64,000 nucleotides of DNA from Acidimicrobiales bacterium (GCA_036491435.1 DASXBZ010000012.1:3819-67818), one strand, 5' to 3'; shown: positions 39,173 to 48,763, numbered from the stretch's first letter. Numbers and translations are program-made. The notes: generated from the sequence alone by a model not told the origin.

Positions 39173-39177
39173 CATAC

Positions 39178-39948
39178 ATGCGCGCCGCCTTCGAAGTCAT
39201 CTGCGAGATCGAACCGGCGACCACCCCGGACCTCAAGCGGGTCCGGCACCAGATCGGTGTCCTGAGCCCCATCGCCAGCGCGTTCCTCATCCCCGACAAT
39301 CACATCGGACGGGCGACGGTATCGAGCGTCGCGGTAGCCCACGAGGTGCAGGCGATGGGCGGTCGCTCGATCGCCTGCCTCAACGCCCGCGACCGCAACC
39401 TCCTCGGCTTCCGCCGGGACCTGCTCACGGCGGCCGCCTACGGCGTCGACGAGTTCCTCTTCGTCTACGGCGACGATCCCCGGGTCGGCAGGCGCACGAG
39501 TGAGCTGACCGTGCGGACCATGATCGACGAGGGACGGCGGTACGCAAAGTCGCTGGAACCCGGCACGACGATGCGCTTCGGCGCGGCAACGGGACTGCGG
39601 GCCGTGCCGGAATGGAAGCGAACGGCCGATTTCCTCTTCGTCCAGATCGGGTTCTCCCTCGACGAACTGTTGCGCTGGCGCTCGCAGGTGGACTTGTCGA
39701 TCCCCGTGTATGCGGGCGTGATCGTCCTGCCGAGCGCGACCATGGCGCGCCGCCTGAGCAACGACATCCCCGGCCTCATCGTGCCGAGCGATCTCATCGA
39801 ACGGTTGGAGCAGGACCGCAACGCAGGCGTGGATGCGGCGTGCGAGCTGGTCGAGAGGATCCGCGGGTCGGGGGCCCTCGACGGCGTCCACCTCATCCCT
39901 GTGACCCGCTACCGGGAGGTCACGGCCCGGCTGGAACGACGGGGCTAA
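39178..39948 (+). CDS. methylenetetrahydrofolate reductase-like (MetF fold) protein
   Basis: Pattern EIEP...LIPDN...LNARDRN...GVDEFLFVYGDDP...GVIVL resembles the MTHFR TIM barrel. 256 aa, shorter than classical MetF. Confidence 0.65.
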   Translation: MRAAFEVICEIEPATTPDLKRVRHQIGVLSPIASAFLIPDNHIGRATVSSVAVAHEVQAMGGRSIACLNARDRNLLGFRRDLLTAAAYGVDEFLFVYGDDPRVGRRTSELTVRTMIDEGRRYAKSLEPGTTMRFGAATGLRAVPEWKRTADFLFVQIGFSLDELLRWRSQVDLSIPVYAGVIVLPSATMARRLSNDIPGLIVPSDLIERLEQDRNAGVDAACELVERIRGSGALDGVHLIPVTRYREVTARLERRG

Positions 39949-40679
39949 GAGTCCGAACCCGGGCTTGGACCTGGACCCAAAGCGAAGTGCCGACGAGCAA
40001 CCTCGTCCAGAGAAGCGTCATCGACCTCCTCCAAGGAATCGACGACGAGATCGGCCAGCCCGTAGGCGGGATGCGTCCCCTCTCCCGGTTCGGGCACCGC
40101 GATGCACGCCATCGACGCCGCCTTCGCCGCCAGCACCCCGGCCGGCGCGTCCTCCCACACGAGGCAGCGCTTCGGCGGGGCACCGAGCTTCGACGCCGCC
40201 GTGAGGAACACGCCGGGATGGGGCTTGCCGTACTCCTCGTCCTCGGCGGAGTGGATGAGCGCGAAGCGGTCGCGCAGACCGAAGTGCTCGAGCGCGGCGT
40301 CGATCAAGCGGTACTCCGACGACGACGCCACAGCCAGGGGCCACCCGCGAGCGGCGCACAGGTCGATGGCGTGCACGGCGCCCGGCTTGAGCGAGCCCTT
40401 GGTCAACGTCAGGTCGATCACCCGGTCGACGATCGAGACGGCGACGTCGGCCGGGGACGGGCCGGGCCACGGGTGCAGCCCGTACCAGTGCTCGGTCACC
40501 TCATGGACGAACATCCCCTTGGTCGTCCGGAAGCCGTCGCGCTCGAGGGGGACGCCGAGGCGGTCACCGAGTATCTCGAGCTCGGCCTCGTGCCACAGCA
40601 CCTCCGAGTCGATGAGCAGACCGTCCATGTCGAAGATGGACGCATGGAACCCCGCCGGGACGGGGTCGGGCGGGATCAA
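39945..40679 (-). CDS. HAD-IA family phosphatase
   Basis: IFDMDGLLIDSE (DxD), ASSS, GKPHP, WEDAPAG. Only a TTG at 40679 (TTGA overlap with the gpx stop) precedes motif I. Confidence 0.8.
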   Translation of the reverse strand: MIPPDPVPAGFHASIFDMDGLLIDSEVLWHEAELEILGDRLGVPLERDGFRTTKGMFVHEVTEHWYGLHPWPGPSPADVAVSIVDRVIDLTLTKGSLKPGAVHAIDLCAARGWPLAVASSSEYRLIDAALEHFGLRDRFALIHSAEDEEYGKPHPGVFLTAASKLGAPPKRCLVWEDAPAGVLAAKAASMACIAVPEPGEGTHPAYGLADLVVDSLEEVDDASLDEVARRHFALGPGPSPGSDS

Positions 40680-41164
40680 GCGGCGAGCTGCGCCTCGATA
40701 TCGCCCACGATGGCCGCGTCCTCCGGCTCCACCTGCGGCCGGTAGCGCGCCACGATCTCGCCCTCCGGCGAGAGGAGGAACTTCTCGAAGTTCCACGTGA
40801 TGTCGCCCGCGTTGCCTTCGGCGTCGGTCTTCTCGGTCAGCTCGGCGTAGATCGGGTGCCGGTCGTCGCCGTTCACGTCGATCTTCTCCATCAGCGGGAA
40901 CGTCACCCCGTAGGTCGTCGAGCAGAACTGCTCGATCTCCTCGGCCGTGCCCGGCTCCTGCCCGAGGAACTGGTTGGACGGGAAGCCGATGACGCTGAAG
41001 CCGCGGTCGCCGTAGGTCTTCTGCAGGCGCTCGAGCCCTTCGTACTGCGGGGTGAGGCCGCACTTCGAGGCGACGTTGACGAGCAGCAGCGTCTTGCCGG
41101 CGTAGTCGCCGAGCTTGGCGTCGGCACCTTGGAGGGTGTGGATGGGGATGTCGTAGAGAGCCAT
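40676..41164 (-). CDS. glutathione peroxidase-family protein (Cys type)
   Basis: LLVNVASKCGLTPQYEGL with a TGC Cys codon, plus FPSNQFLGQEPG and WNFEKFL. Confidence 0.9.
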   Translation of the reverse strand: MALYDIPIHTLQGADAKLGDYAGKTLLLVNVASKCGLTPQYEGLERLQKTYGDRGFSVIGFPSNQFLGQEPGTAEEIEQFCSTTYGVTFPLMEKIDVNGDDRHPIYAELTEKTDAEGNAGDITWNFEKFLLSPEGEIVARYRPQVEPEDAAIVGDIEAQLAA

Positions 41165-41221
41165 GTCTCGACCCTATCGGCCACCGGCTGGTGCCCGCTC
41201 GGGCCGTCCTAGGGTGGCCCG

Positions 41222-42163
41222 GTGCACGCCAACATCATCCGAAACGACGAACTGCAGTGGGACGAGCACGACGATCCGGTCCCGGGCGACACTGAGCTGC
41301 TTGTCGCCGTGAAGGCGGCCGGGATCAACTCCGCAGACCTGGTGCAGCGGGTCGGCCTCTATCCCGCCCCACCAGGCTGGCCCTCCGACATCCCGGGCAT
41401 GGAGATGGCAGGCGAGGTCGTCGCGGCCGGACGAGAAGTGACGCTGTTCGCTCCCGGGGACCGCGTGATGGCGCTGGTCGGTGGCGGCGCCCAGGCCGAG
41501 CTGGCGTTCGTCGACGAGATGCACGCGCTGGCGGTGCCCGATGGCCTCGACTGGCCGGAGGCGGGCGGGTTCTGCGAGGCCTTCGCGACGGCCTATGACG
41601 CGCTGTTCACCCAAGCCGGTTTGCAGATGGGCGAACGCGTGCTGGTCAGCGGCGCGGCGGGCGGCGTCGGGACGGCCGGGGTGCAGCTGGCCGCGGCGGC
41701 GGGCGCCCGCGTGACGGCGACGGTGCGCAACCCCGACCACCACGACGCGGTGCGCGAGCTCGGGGCGGACGTCGTGATCGAGCCCGGCCAGGAGGGCGAC
41801 CACGGTCCCTACGACGTGGTGCTCGAGTTGGTCGGACAGGCGAGCCTCAACGCGGTCCTCCCGTACATGGCGCCGTGGTCCCGCATCGTGGTGATCGGGG
41901 TCGGCTCGGGGGGCAAGGTGGAGATCGAGCTCATGCAGCTGATGATGCAGCGCATCAGCATCGCCGGCTCGACACTGCGCTCGCGCACCCGCCAGGAGAA
42001 GGCCGACGTGGTGACGGCGATGCGGACGCATGTGATCCCGCTGCTCGTCGCCGGACGACTGCGGGTGCCGGTGGCCGACACCTTCCCTCTGGCGGAGGCG
42101 AACGCGGCATACGACCGGTTCGCGGCGGGCGGCAAGTTGGGCAAGGTGGTGCTCGTCGCCTGA
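41222..42163 (+). CDS. NADPH:quinone oxidoreductase / zeta-crystallin-type MDR
   Basis: VKAAGINSADL, GMEMAGEV, VSGAAGGVGTAGVQLA. Confidence 0.85.
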   Translation: MHANIIRNDELQWDEHDDPVPGDTELLVAVKAAGINSADLVQRVGLYPAPPGWPSDIPGMEMAGEVVAAGREVTLFAPGDRVMALVGGGAQAELAFVDEMHALAVPDGLDWPEAGGFCEAFATAYDALFTQAGLQMGERVLVSGAAGGVGTAGVQLAAAAGARVTATVRNPDHHDAVRELGADVVIEPGQEGDHGPYDVVLELVGQASLNAVLPYMAPWSRIVVIGVGSGGKVEIELMQLMMQRISIAGSTLRSRTRQEKADVVTAMRTHVIPLLVAGRLRVPVADTFPLAEANAAYDRFAAGGKLGKVVLVA

Positions 42164-42176
42164 TGCGCTCGACGCG

Positions 42177-42926
42177 TTGGTGATCGAGGCCGTCCTCTTC
42201 GACGGGGACCAGACGCTGTGGGACTTCGAACGGGTGATGCGCGAGGCACTGACGGCGATCGTGGACGACCTCCGGGTGGCGCGGCCGGGCCCGTTTGCGG
42301 ATGCGCTGGGTTGGGAGGACCTCGAGCGGGATCGGGCGAAGGTCGGTGAGGAATGGGAGGGGATCGAGTACAACCTGGCGCGGTTACGGGTGCTGGGTTT
42401 CGCCCGGACGCTGCAGAGACTGCGGGCGGCCGAAGGAGGCGACGACGCGGCGGACGAGGCGCTGACCCTCGAGCTGAGCGACTCGTACTTCGCCCAGCGA
42501 GACCGTGACCCGGCGCTCTTCCCGGACACGGTGCCGTGCCTCGACGCGCTCCGCTCGCGCTATCGGCTGGGTCTGTTGTCGAACGGCAGCCGGTTGCCCG
42601 AGAAGGTGGGTCTCGACGGGTACTTCGAGTCGGTCGTGTTCGCGCAGGACCACCGGGTGGCCAAGCCCGAGAAGGGCATCTTCGAGATCGTCGAGCGACA
42701 GTTGGACGTGACGGCCGGCGGTTGCGTGCTGGTCGGCGACCACCCGATCAACGACGTGGTGGGCGCGAAGAGGGCCGGCTGGTCCGCGGTGTGGATCGAC
42801 CGCGACGGCGACGGGTCCCCAGGGGAGGCGTTCGTAGAGATGGAAGCCCAACCCGACGTCGTGGTGCGGTCACTCGCAGAGCTGCCCGGGGCGCTCCAGA
42901 TGATGGACCGCTCCCTCAGCGGGTGA
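42177..42926 (+). CDS. HAD-family hydrolase
   Basis: AVLFDGDQTLWD (DxDxT), LLSNG, KPEKGIF, VGDHPINDV. Confidence 0.8.
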   Translation: MVIEAVLFDGDQTLWDFERVMREALTAIVDDLRVARPGPFADALGWEDLERDRAKVGEEWEGIEYNLARLRVLGFARTLQRLRAAEGGDDAADEALTLELSDSYFAQRDRDPALFPDTVPCLDALRSRYRLGLLSNGSRLPEKVGLDGYFESVVFAQDHRVAKPEKGIFEIVERQLDVTAGGCVLVGDHPINDVVGAKRAGWSAVWIDRDGDGSPGEAFVEMEAQPDVVVRSLAELPGALQMMDRSLSG

Positions 42927-44064
42927 GGATGACCACGCCGGCGTTGGCTCCCCGGCCCACGGTGTGGGAGAGCGCGGTGCGGGCGCCTTCGACCTGACGG
43001 GGCCCGCATTCGCCGCGCAGCTGGCGCACCAGCTCGACGATCTGGCCCAGTGCCGAGGCGCCGAGGGGCTCGCCCTTCGAGAGCAGGCCGCCGCTCGGGT
43101 TGACGGGGAGACGGCCGCCGAGCTCGGTGGCGCCCGAGTCGAGGAGCGCCGCCGAGCCGCCGGGCTCGCAGAGCCCGAGCTCCTCGCACGAGCCGAGCTC
43201 GCGGGCGGCGTCGGTGTCCTGGCACTCGACGACGTCGAGGTCGGCGGGACCGAGACCGGCCTCCTCGTAGGCATCGGTGGCGGCGAGGGTCGTGGGCGCG
43301 GGCACCGAGTCGTCGATGAGGCCCGAGAGCGGGGTCGACTCGCTGAGGACCGGACCGGGGATGTGCGAGCGCAGGACGGCGGAGGCGAGCGTGACCGGGG
43401 CGCCGCCCGGCGGGGCCAGGTCGGCCCGGCGCAGGACGAGGGCGGCGGCGCCCTCGTTGGGCGAGCAGAGCATGAAGAGGTGGAGCGGCTCGCAGACCAC
43501 GCGCGAGGCGAGGACCTCCTCGACGGACGTCTCCTTCTGGAACATGGCGTCGGGGTTGGCGGCGCCGTGGCGGCGGTTCTTCACCACCACGCGGGCGAGA
43601 TGGTCCTTGGTGACGCCGGAAGTCTGGGCGAGGCGCTGGGCGCGCAGGGCGAAGAAGGCGGGGGTGGCGGCGAGGCCGGCTTCCTCCTGCCACGGCTCGA
43701 AGAAAGAGGAGCGGATGATGCCCTTGGGCATCTTCTCGGTGCCGAAGACGAGGACGGTGTCGTACTGGCCGGCGCGGATGGCGGCGGCAGCGAGCATGAG
43801 GGCGGCACCGCCGCTCGCGCATCCAGCCTCGATGTCGACGATGGGCATGCCCGTCATGCCGAGACGGCTCAGGACCTTGTGGCCGGTGGCGACGCCCCCG
43901 TAGGCCGTCCCGCAGAACGCGGCCTGGAAGCCGCCCTTCCCGACGCCCGCCTCCTTAAGGGCGGACCGGACCGCGACCACCCCCATGTCGGTCGTGGACG
44001 CGTCGAAACGACCGAAGGGGTGCATGCCGACGCCGGCGACGACGACCGAGGAGGACGCGCTCAT
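42916..44064 (-). CDS. thiolase-like lipid-transfer protein (SCP-x/Ltp type)
   Basis: VVVAGVGMHPFGRF, IEAGCASGGAAL (active-site Cys), GEPLGASAL. ATGA overlap with the upstream DUF35 gene. Confidence 0.85.
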   Translation of the reverse strand: MSASSSVVVAGVGMHPFGRFDASTTDMGVVAVRSALKEAGVGKGGFQAAFCGTAYGGVATGHKVLSRLGMTGMPIVDIEAGCASGGAALMLAAAAIRAGQYDTVLVFGTEKMPKGIIRSSFFEPWQEEAGLAATPAFFALRAQRLAQTSGVTKDHLARVVVKNRRHGAANPDAMFQKETSVEEVLASRVVCEPLHLFMLCSPNEGAAALVLRRADLAPPGGAPVTLASAVLRSHIPGPVLSESTPLSGLIDDSVPAPTTLAATDAYEEAGLGPADLDVVECQDTDAARELGSCEELGLCEPGGSAALLDSGATELGGRLPVNPSGGLLSKGEPLGASALGQIVELVRQLRGECGPRQVEGARTALSHTVGRGANAGVVILTR

Positions 44065-44462
44065 GTGTCCGCCACGGGTGCGAAGGCGTAGGTCACGACG
44101 TCGTTGCCCTCGGCGTCGGCGTGGAGGGTGACGACGCGGCATTCCATCGACTGGCCGGCCTGCAGCGCGGCCGGGTCGCTCTCGGTGAGGCGGGTGATGA
44201 CCCGGACGCCCTCGGGCAACTCGACGATGCCGATGCCGAAGGGGACCTCACCCTGGTAGCCGGGCGGCGGTGCGGTGACCGCGGTCCACGACCAGAGTGT
44301 GCCGTGACGGGAGAGCTCGACCGGCGCGGGGTCCTCGGTGGCGCAATAGGTGCAGGAGTCGGCGCGGGGGAAGAGCGTCGACCCGCAGTTGGAGCACTTG
44401 CTACCGAGCAGCGCACCGTCCTCGGAGAAGAGCCCCTCGCGGACCATGACGGAACTTGCCAT
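44061..44462 (-). CDS. DUF35 OB-fold/Zn-ribbon acyl-CoA-associated protein
   Basis: Rubredoxin-like CSNCGSTLFPRADSCTYC followed by an OB-fold segment GIGIVELPEGVRVITRL. Confidence 0.85.
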   Translation of the reverse strand: MASSVMVREGLFSEDGALLGSKCSNCGSTLFPRADSCTYCATEDPAPVELSRHGTLWSWTAVTAPPPGYQGEVPFGIGIVELPEGVRVITRLTESDPAALQAGQSMECRVVTLHADAEGNDVVTYAFAPVADT

Positions 44463-44476
44463 GAACGGCGTCCGGC

Positions 44477-44914
44477 TCAGCCCTCGAGCTCGACGAGCTC
44501 GACGAGCTCGAGGGCGTCGAACTCCCAGTAGGCGCGGAGGGCGGCGATCTTGTTGGCACCGTTGGAGCGGTACGTCATGACGACGTGGACGACTGCGCAG
44601 TGCGTGCCGCCGGCGAGAGTCGTGCGGATGACCCCGACGTCGGCGACCTCGTCGCCGCAGAGGTAGGACTCGAAGATCTCGAAGTCGATCGCTTCGCTGG
44701 GGGCGATGACGTTGTCGTAGAACGCTGCGATGGCCTTCTTGCCGTAGTGGCCCTTGCCCTCGGGGTCGAAGGGCGAGGGGCCGATGGGATCTTGCACGAG
44801 GGCGTCGTCGGCGAAGAGGTCGAGCCAGCCGTCACGGTCCCGGGCGTGGACGGCGGCGCGGGAGCGGATGCCGAGCTCGCGCGCGGTGAGGATGTCGTTG
44901 GCGGTGTCGGTCAT
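44477..44914 (-). CDS. SnoaL/NTF2-like (ketosteroid-isomerase-fold) protein
   Basis: 145 aa. GGAGGGAGG RBS. Contains DRDGWLDLFADDALVQDP. The tail ALELVELVELEG is encoded by a 9-bp triple repeat. Confidence 0.7.
   Translation of the reverse strand: MTDTANDILTARELGIRSRAAVHARDRDGWLDLFADDALVQDPIGPSPFDPEGKGHYGKKAIAAFYDNVIAPSEAIDFEIFESYLCGDEVADVGVIRTTLAGGTHCAVVHVVMTYRSNGANKIAALRAYWEFDALELVELVELEG
44483..44512. repeat. 30-nt near-perfect palindrome built from three 9-bp tandem units (GAGCTCGAC x2, GAGCTCGAG)
   Basis: CTCGAGCTCGACGAGCTCGACGAGCTCGAG: 14 of 15 positions are self-complementary. Lies inside the last 12 codons of the SnoaL-like gene. Confidence 0.9.
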
Positions 44915-44940
44915 GGTGAGGCCTCCCTCCTGATCACTGA

Positions 44941-45813
44941 TCAGACGTTGGCGATGACGGTGTCGGCGAAGCGGCGCAGGTTGTCGATCTTCGTCTCCAG
45001 CGGCTCGGTGTCCTGCTCGACCCCGTAGGGCCAACGGAAGCCGACGATGACGTCGGTGATGCCGAGCTCCTCGAGGCGGCGGACGCCGTCAGGCGTGTAG
45101 GCGTCGACGGAGATCACGTGGACCTCGAAAGGCTTGTCCTCAGTGCCGTGCTCCTTGCGGAGGTTGGCGAGACGCTCCAGAAGGCCGGGCAGATCGGCGG
45201 GGTCGCCGCCGCCGTGCAGCCAGCCGTCGCCGTCGACGGCGGCCCGCTTGAGCGCGGCTTCGTGGTGGCCGCCGATGAGGATGGGCACGGGACGGCGCGG
45301 CGTGGGGCACATCTTGATCGACGGGACGTCGAAGATCTCGCCGTGGAACTCGAAGAAGCCGCCGGCCGTGAGGCCGCGCATCACGGTGATCATCTCGTCC
45401 ATGCGCCTGCCGCGGCGGGCCCAAGGGACGTCGGTGATCTCGTAGTCCTCAGGCCACGGGCTCGTGCCGACGCCGAGGACGAGGCGGTCGTCGGTGAGGA
45501 CGGCCGTCGAGGTCATCTGCTTGGCGACGAGGACGGGGTGGCGGATGGGGAGCTTGACGACGAAGGTGACGAAACGGATGCGCTCGGTGACGGCGCCCAT
45601 GGCCGGGATGATCGAGAAGGGCTCGAGGAACGGCTTGTCCTCGAGGAACTCGCGGCTGCCGTCGGGGTTGAACGGGTACGTGGTGTCGGAGACCTCGGGG
45701 TAGCAGATGGAGTCGGGGACGACGAAGGAGTCGTATCCGGCATCTTCGGCCGCCCGGGCCAGGGGCAGGTAATACGAGGGGTCGACCATCGACTCCGCAT
45801 ACGAGAACCGCAC
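44941..45813 (-). CDS. LLM-class (luciferase-like) F420-dependent oxidoreductase
   Basis: 290 aa. Contains DAGYDSFVVPDS, LGVGTSPW, PILIGGH. GGAGG RBS before GTG 45813. Confidence 0.85.
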   Translation of the reverse strand: MRFSYAESMVDPSYYLPLARAAEDAGYDSFVVPDSICYPEVSDTTYPFNPDGSREFLEDKPFLEPFSIIPAMGAVTERIRFVTFVVKLPIRHPVLVAKQMTSTAVLTDDRLVLGVGTSPWPEDYEITDVPWARRGRRMDEMITVMRGLTAGGFFEFHGEIFDVPSIKMCPTPRRPVPILIGGHHEAALKRAAVDGDGWLHGGGDPADLPGLLERLANLRKEHGTEDKPFEVHVISVDAYTPDGVRRLEELGITDVIVGFRWPYGVEQDTEPLETKIDNLRRFADTVIANV

Positions 45814-45854
45814 GACACCTCCGTTCTGGGCTCGTCTACGAGGTCGGTCGGATA

Positions 45855-45866
45855 GGTCGGCCGACC
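45855..45866. promoter_or_regulatory. 12-bp palindrome GGTCGGCCGACC in a divergent intergenic region
   Basis: Read directly. Preceded by a direct AGGTCGG repeat (45841-45847 and 45854-45860). Confidence 0.3.
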
Positions 45867-45989
45867 CCGGCGCCGCCTACCATGCGGCAGGTGCCTGCTC
45901 ATCCTGCCAGGACGGACGCGACGGGACCTAACCCGGGCGACGACGAGGCCGAGACCGAGGCGGCGTTGCGGCTGGCGCAGTCGGCGCCG

Positions 45990-47078
45990 ATGGTGACCGA
46001 CCTCTCCCTGGAGGAGCTGGAGCGGGAGGCCCGGCACGTCATCGGAGAGATGGCGTACGCCTACTACGCGGGCGGGGCCGACGACGAGCGGCTGCTCAGC
46101 GGGAACGTCGAGGCCTGGAGCCGCTGGCAGCTCCACCCCCGGGTCCTGGCCGGGGTGTCGTCGGTGTCGACCGCGACCACGGTGTTGGGGTCTCCGGTGG
46201 CGTCGCCGGTGGGGATCGCCCCGACGGCGATCCAGGGCCTGGCGCACCCCGAGGGCGAGGTGGCGACGGCCCGGGGGGCGGCGACGGCCGGGGCGCTGTT
46301 GATCCTGTCGTCGCTGGCGACCTGCCCCTTGGAGGACGTGGCGGCGGCCGCACCGGACGCGGTGCGCTGGATGCAGATCTACGTGCTGCGGGACCGCGGC
46401 CGGACGGCCGAGCTGGTGGGACGGACGGTGGCGGCCGGGTACCGGGCCCTGGTGCTGACAGTGGACGCGCCGGTCTCGGGGCTGCGCCTGCGGGAGTGGC
46501 GGACCGGTGTCCATCTCCCGGACGATCTCGCGTTGCCGAACCTGGCCGGGGACTCCACGTCGAGCGCCCGGGAGGGTGGGTTCATGGCGGTGGTGACCAA
46601 CGAGTTCGAGCCGGCGCTGACGCCGGACGACATCGGGTGGCTGGGCGGGCTCAGCGACCTGCCGGTGGTGGTGAAGGGGGTGCAGCGGGCGGACGACGCG
46701 CTGCGCTGCGTCGACGCCGGGGCGGCCGCCGTCGTCGTGTCGAACCACGGGGCCCGCCAACTGGCCGACGCGCCCGCAACGGCCGACATCCTCGCCGAGG
46801 TCGTCGACTCGGTCGGCGGGCGGGCCGAGGTGTACGTGGACGGCGGGCTGCGACGGGCGCCCGACGTCGTGAAGGCGTTGGCGCTCGGGGCCCGGGCGAC
46901 GTTGGTCGGTCGGCCGTCGCTGTGGGCCCTGGCGACGGGCGGTGCGGACGGTGTGGCCGCGCTGCTGGGCTGGTTCGAGGCGGAGCTGCGGCGCGCCATG
47001 GCGTTGTGCGGCGCGGCGACGGTCGACGGACTGGACCGGAGCCTGGTGGGGCGCACGCCGGGAGGGGGTTTCGGATGA
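45990..47078 (+). CDS. FMN-dependent alpha-hydroxy-acid dehydrogenase/oxidase (LldD/glycolate-oxidase family)
   Basis: YAYYAGGADDE, LHPRVL, LVLTVDAP, VVVKGV, VVVSNHGARQLD, VDGGLRRAPDVVKALALGA. ATG 45990 preferred over 45882. Confidence 0.85.
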   Translation: MVTDLSLEELEREARHVIGEMAYAYYAGGADDERLLSGNVEAWSRWQLHPRVLAGVSSVSTATTVLGSPVASPVGIAPTAIQGLAHPEGEVATARGAATAGALLILSSLATCPLEDVAAAAPDAVRWMQIYVLRDRGRTAELVGRTVAAGYRALVLTVDAPVSGLRLREWRTGVHLPDDLALPNLAGDSTSSAREGGFMAVVTNEFEPALTPDDIGWLGGLSDLPVVVKGVQRADDALRCVDAGAAAVVVSNHGARQLADAPATADILAEVVDSVGGRAEVYVDGGLRRAPDVVKALALGARATLVGRPSLWALATGGADGVAALLGWFEAELRRAMALCGAATVDGLDRSLVGRTPGGGFG

Positions 47079-48763
47079 CGTCGGTGGCGACGATGATCGC
47101 GGCACGGGCCGACGACGACCGCACGGGCGTGATGGACGTCGGCGGCGGGCGTTGGACCTGGCGCGAGGCGGTGGCGGAAGGGGCGACCCGGGGGGCGCTG
47201 GCCCGCTCGCTCATGGGATCCGCGCTGCCGCATGTCGGGGTCCTCCTGCCCAACGGCCCCGAGTACCTGTTCTGGCTCAACGGCGCGGCGTTGGCGGGCG
47301 CGGCGATCGTGGGGATCAACCCGACCCGCCGGGGTGAGGCGCTCGCGGCGGACGTCCGCGCCACGGACTGCGCCATGATCGTCACCGACGACGAGGGGGC
47401 GGCCCTGCTGGCGGGGCTCGACCTCGGCGTCGACCCGGACAAAGTCCTGGTGATCGGGACACCCAGATACACGGCCCTGCTAAGAGAGTTCGCCGGCGGT
47501 CCGGCGGCGCAAGCGCTGATCGACCACGCGGGCGACGTCGACCGGGAGTCGTTGTACCTGTTGATCTTCACGTCGGGGACGACCGGGGTGCCCAAGGCGG
47601 TGCGCTGCACCCAGGGCCGGCTGGCCGACATCGCGGAGGTGGCGGCCCCCGGATACGGCTACACGCCCGACGAAGTCTGCTACTGCCCGATGCCCTTGTT
47701 CCACGGCAACGCACTCATGGCGCTGTGGGGACCGTCGGTGATGGTGGGCGCGGCGATCGCGGTGCGCCCCCGCTTCAGCGCGTCGGCCTTCCTCGACGAC
47801 GTCCGGACGTTCGGCGCCACCAAGTTCAGCTACGTGGGCAAGGCGATCGCCTACATCCTGGCCACGCCCGAACGGCCCGACGACGCCGACAACACGCTGA
47901 CGAGCGCATTCGGCACGGAGGCCTCGGTGCGGGACCGCAGCCGGTTCCGGAAGCGGTTCGGCTGCTTCCTGATCGAGGGGTACGGGCAGAGCGAGGGCGG
48001 CGCCGCGATGAACCCGGTGCCGGGGATGCCGAAGGGGGCGATCGGTAAGCCGGTCGATCGCGTCGACCTGGCCGTGATCAGCCCCGAGACCGGCGAGGAG
48101 TGTGCGCGCGCGGAGTTCGACGACGACGGCCGGCTGCTGAACGCGGGCCAAGCCATAGGCGAGATCGTCAACCGCAGCGGGCGCGGCAAGTTCGAGGGGT
48201 ACTACCGGCGTGAGGACGCCGAAAAGGAGCGGCTCCGCGGCGGGTGGTACTGGACGGGCGACCTGGGCTACGTCGACAAGGACGGCTTCTTCTACTTCGC
48301 GGGGCGCAGCGGCGACTGGCTGCGCGTCGACTCGGAGAACTTCGCGGCGGGCCCGGTCGAAGCCATCCTGTCGCGCAACCCAGACCTGGCGGTCGTCGCG
48401 GTGTACCCGGTGCCCGACACGGCGTCGGGCGCGGGTGACCAGGTGATGCTTGCGGTGGAGACCGTGCCCGGTCGGCCGTTCGATGCGGACGCGTTCGGCG
48501 CCTGGCTGCTGGCGCAGCCGGACCTCGGGTCGAAGTGGATCCCGCGCTACGTGCGGATCTCGGAGTCGCTACCGCAGACCGCGACCGGCAAGGTGACCAA
48601 GGTCGGCCTGCGCGAGGAAGCCTGGGTCTGCGACGAACCGGTGTGGTGGCGGCCGCTCGACAGTGCGGAGGTCCGATTCGAGCCGTTGACCGACGACGAC
48701 CGCGACAAGCTCGCCGTGGGACTGGCCGAGAACGGCCGCCCGCCCGTCGGCCCGCTCAGCTGA
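47075..48763 (+). CDS. AMP-dependent acyl-CoA synthetase (FadD-like)
   Basis: LIFTSGTTGVPKAV, YGQSEGG, WYWTGDLGYVDKDGFFYFAGR, LPQTATGKV. ATGA overlap with the preceding gene. Confidence 0.85.
   Translation: MTSVATMIAARADDDRTGVMDVGGGRWTWREAVAEGATRGALARSLMGSALPHVGVLLPNGPEYLFWLNGAALAGAAIVGINPTRRGEALAADVRATDCAMIVTDDEGAALLAGLDLGVDPDKVLVIGTPRYTALLREFAGGPAAQALIDHAGDVDRESLYLLIFTSGTTGVPKAVRCTQGRLADIAEVAAPGYGYTPDEVCYCPMPLFHGNALMALWGPSVMVGAAIAVRPRFSASAFLDDVRTFGATKFSYVGKAIAYILATPERPDDADNTLTSAFGTEASVRDRSRFRKRFGCFLIEGYGQSEGGAAMNPVPGMPKGAIGKPVDRVDLAVISPETGEECARAEFDDDGRLLNAGQAIGEIVNRSGRGKFEGYYRREDAEKERLRGGWYWTGDLGYVDKDGFFYFAGRSGDWLRVDSENFAAGPVEAILSRNPDLAVVAVYPVPDTASGAGDQVMLAVETVPGRPFDADAFGAWLLAQPDLGSKWIPRYVRISESLPQTATGKVTKVGLREEAWVCDEPVWWRPLDSAEVRFEPLTDDDRDKLAVGLAENGRPPVGPLS

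Noticed and set aside
40676-41164. Selenocysteine-type glutathione peroxidase
   Set aside because: The active-site codon in NVASKCG is TGC (Cys), not an in-frame TGA.
45513-47105. 530-aa minus-strand ORF
   Set aside because: It is antisense to the LldD-like gene and overlaps the LLM gene frame. Its composition is Arg/Pro rich.
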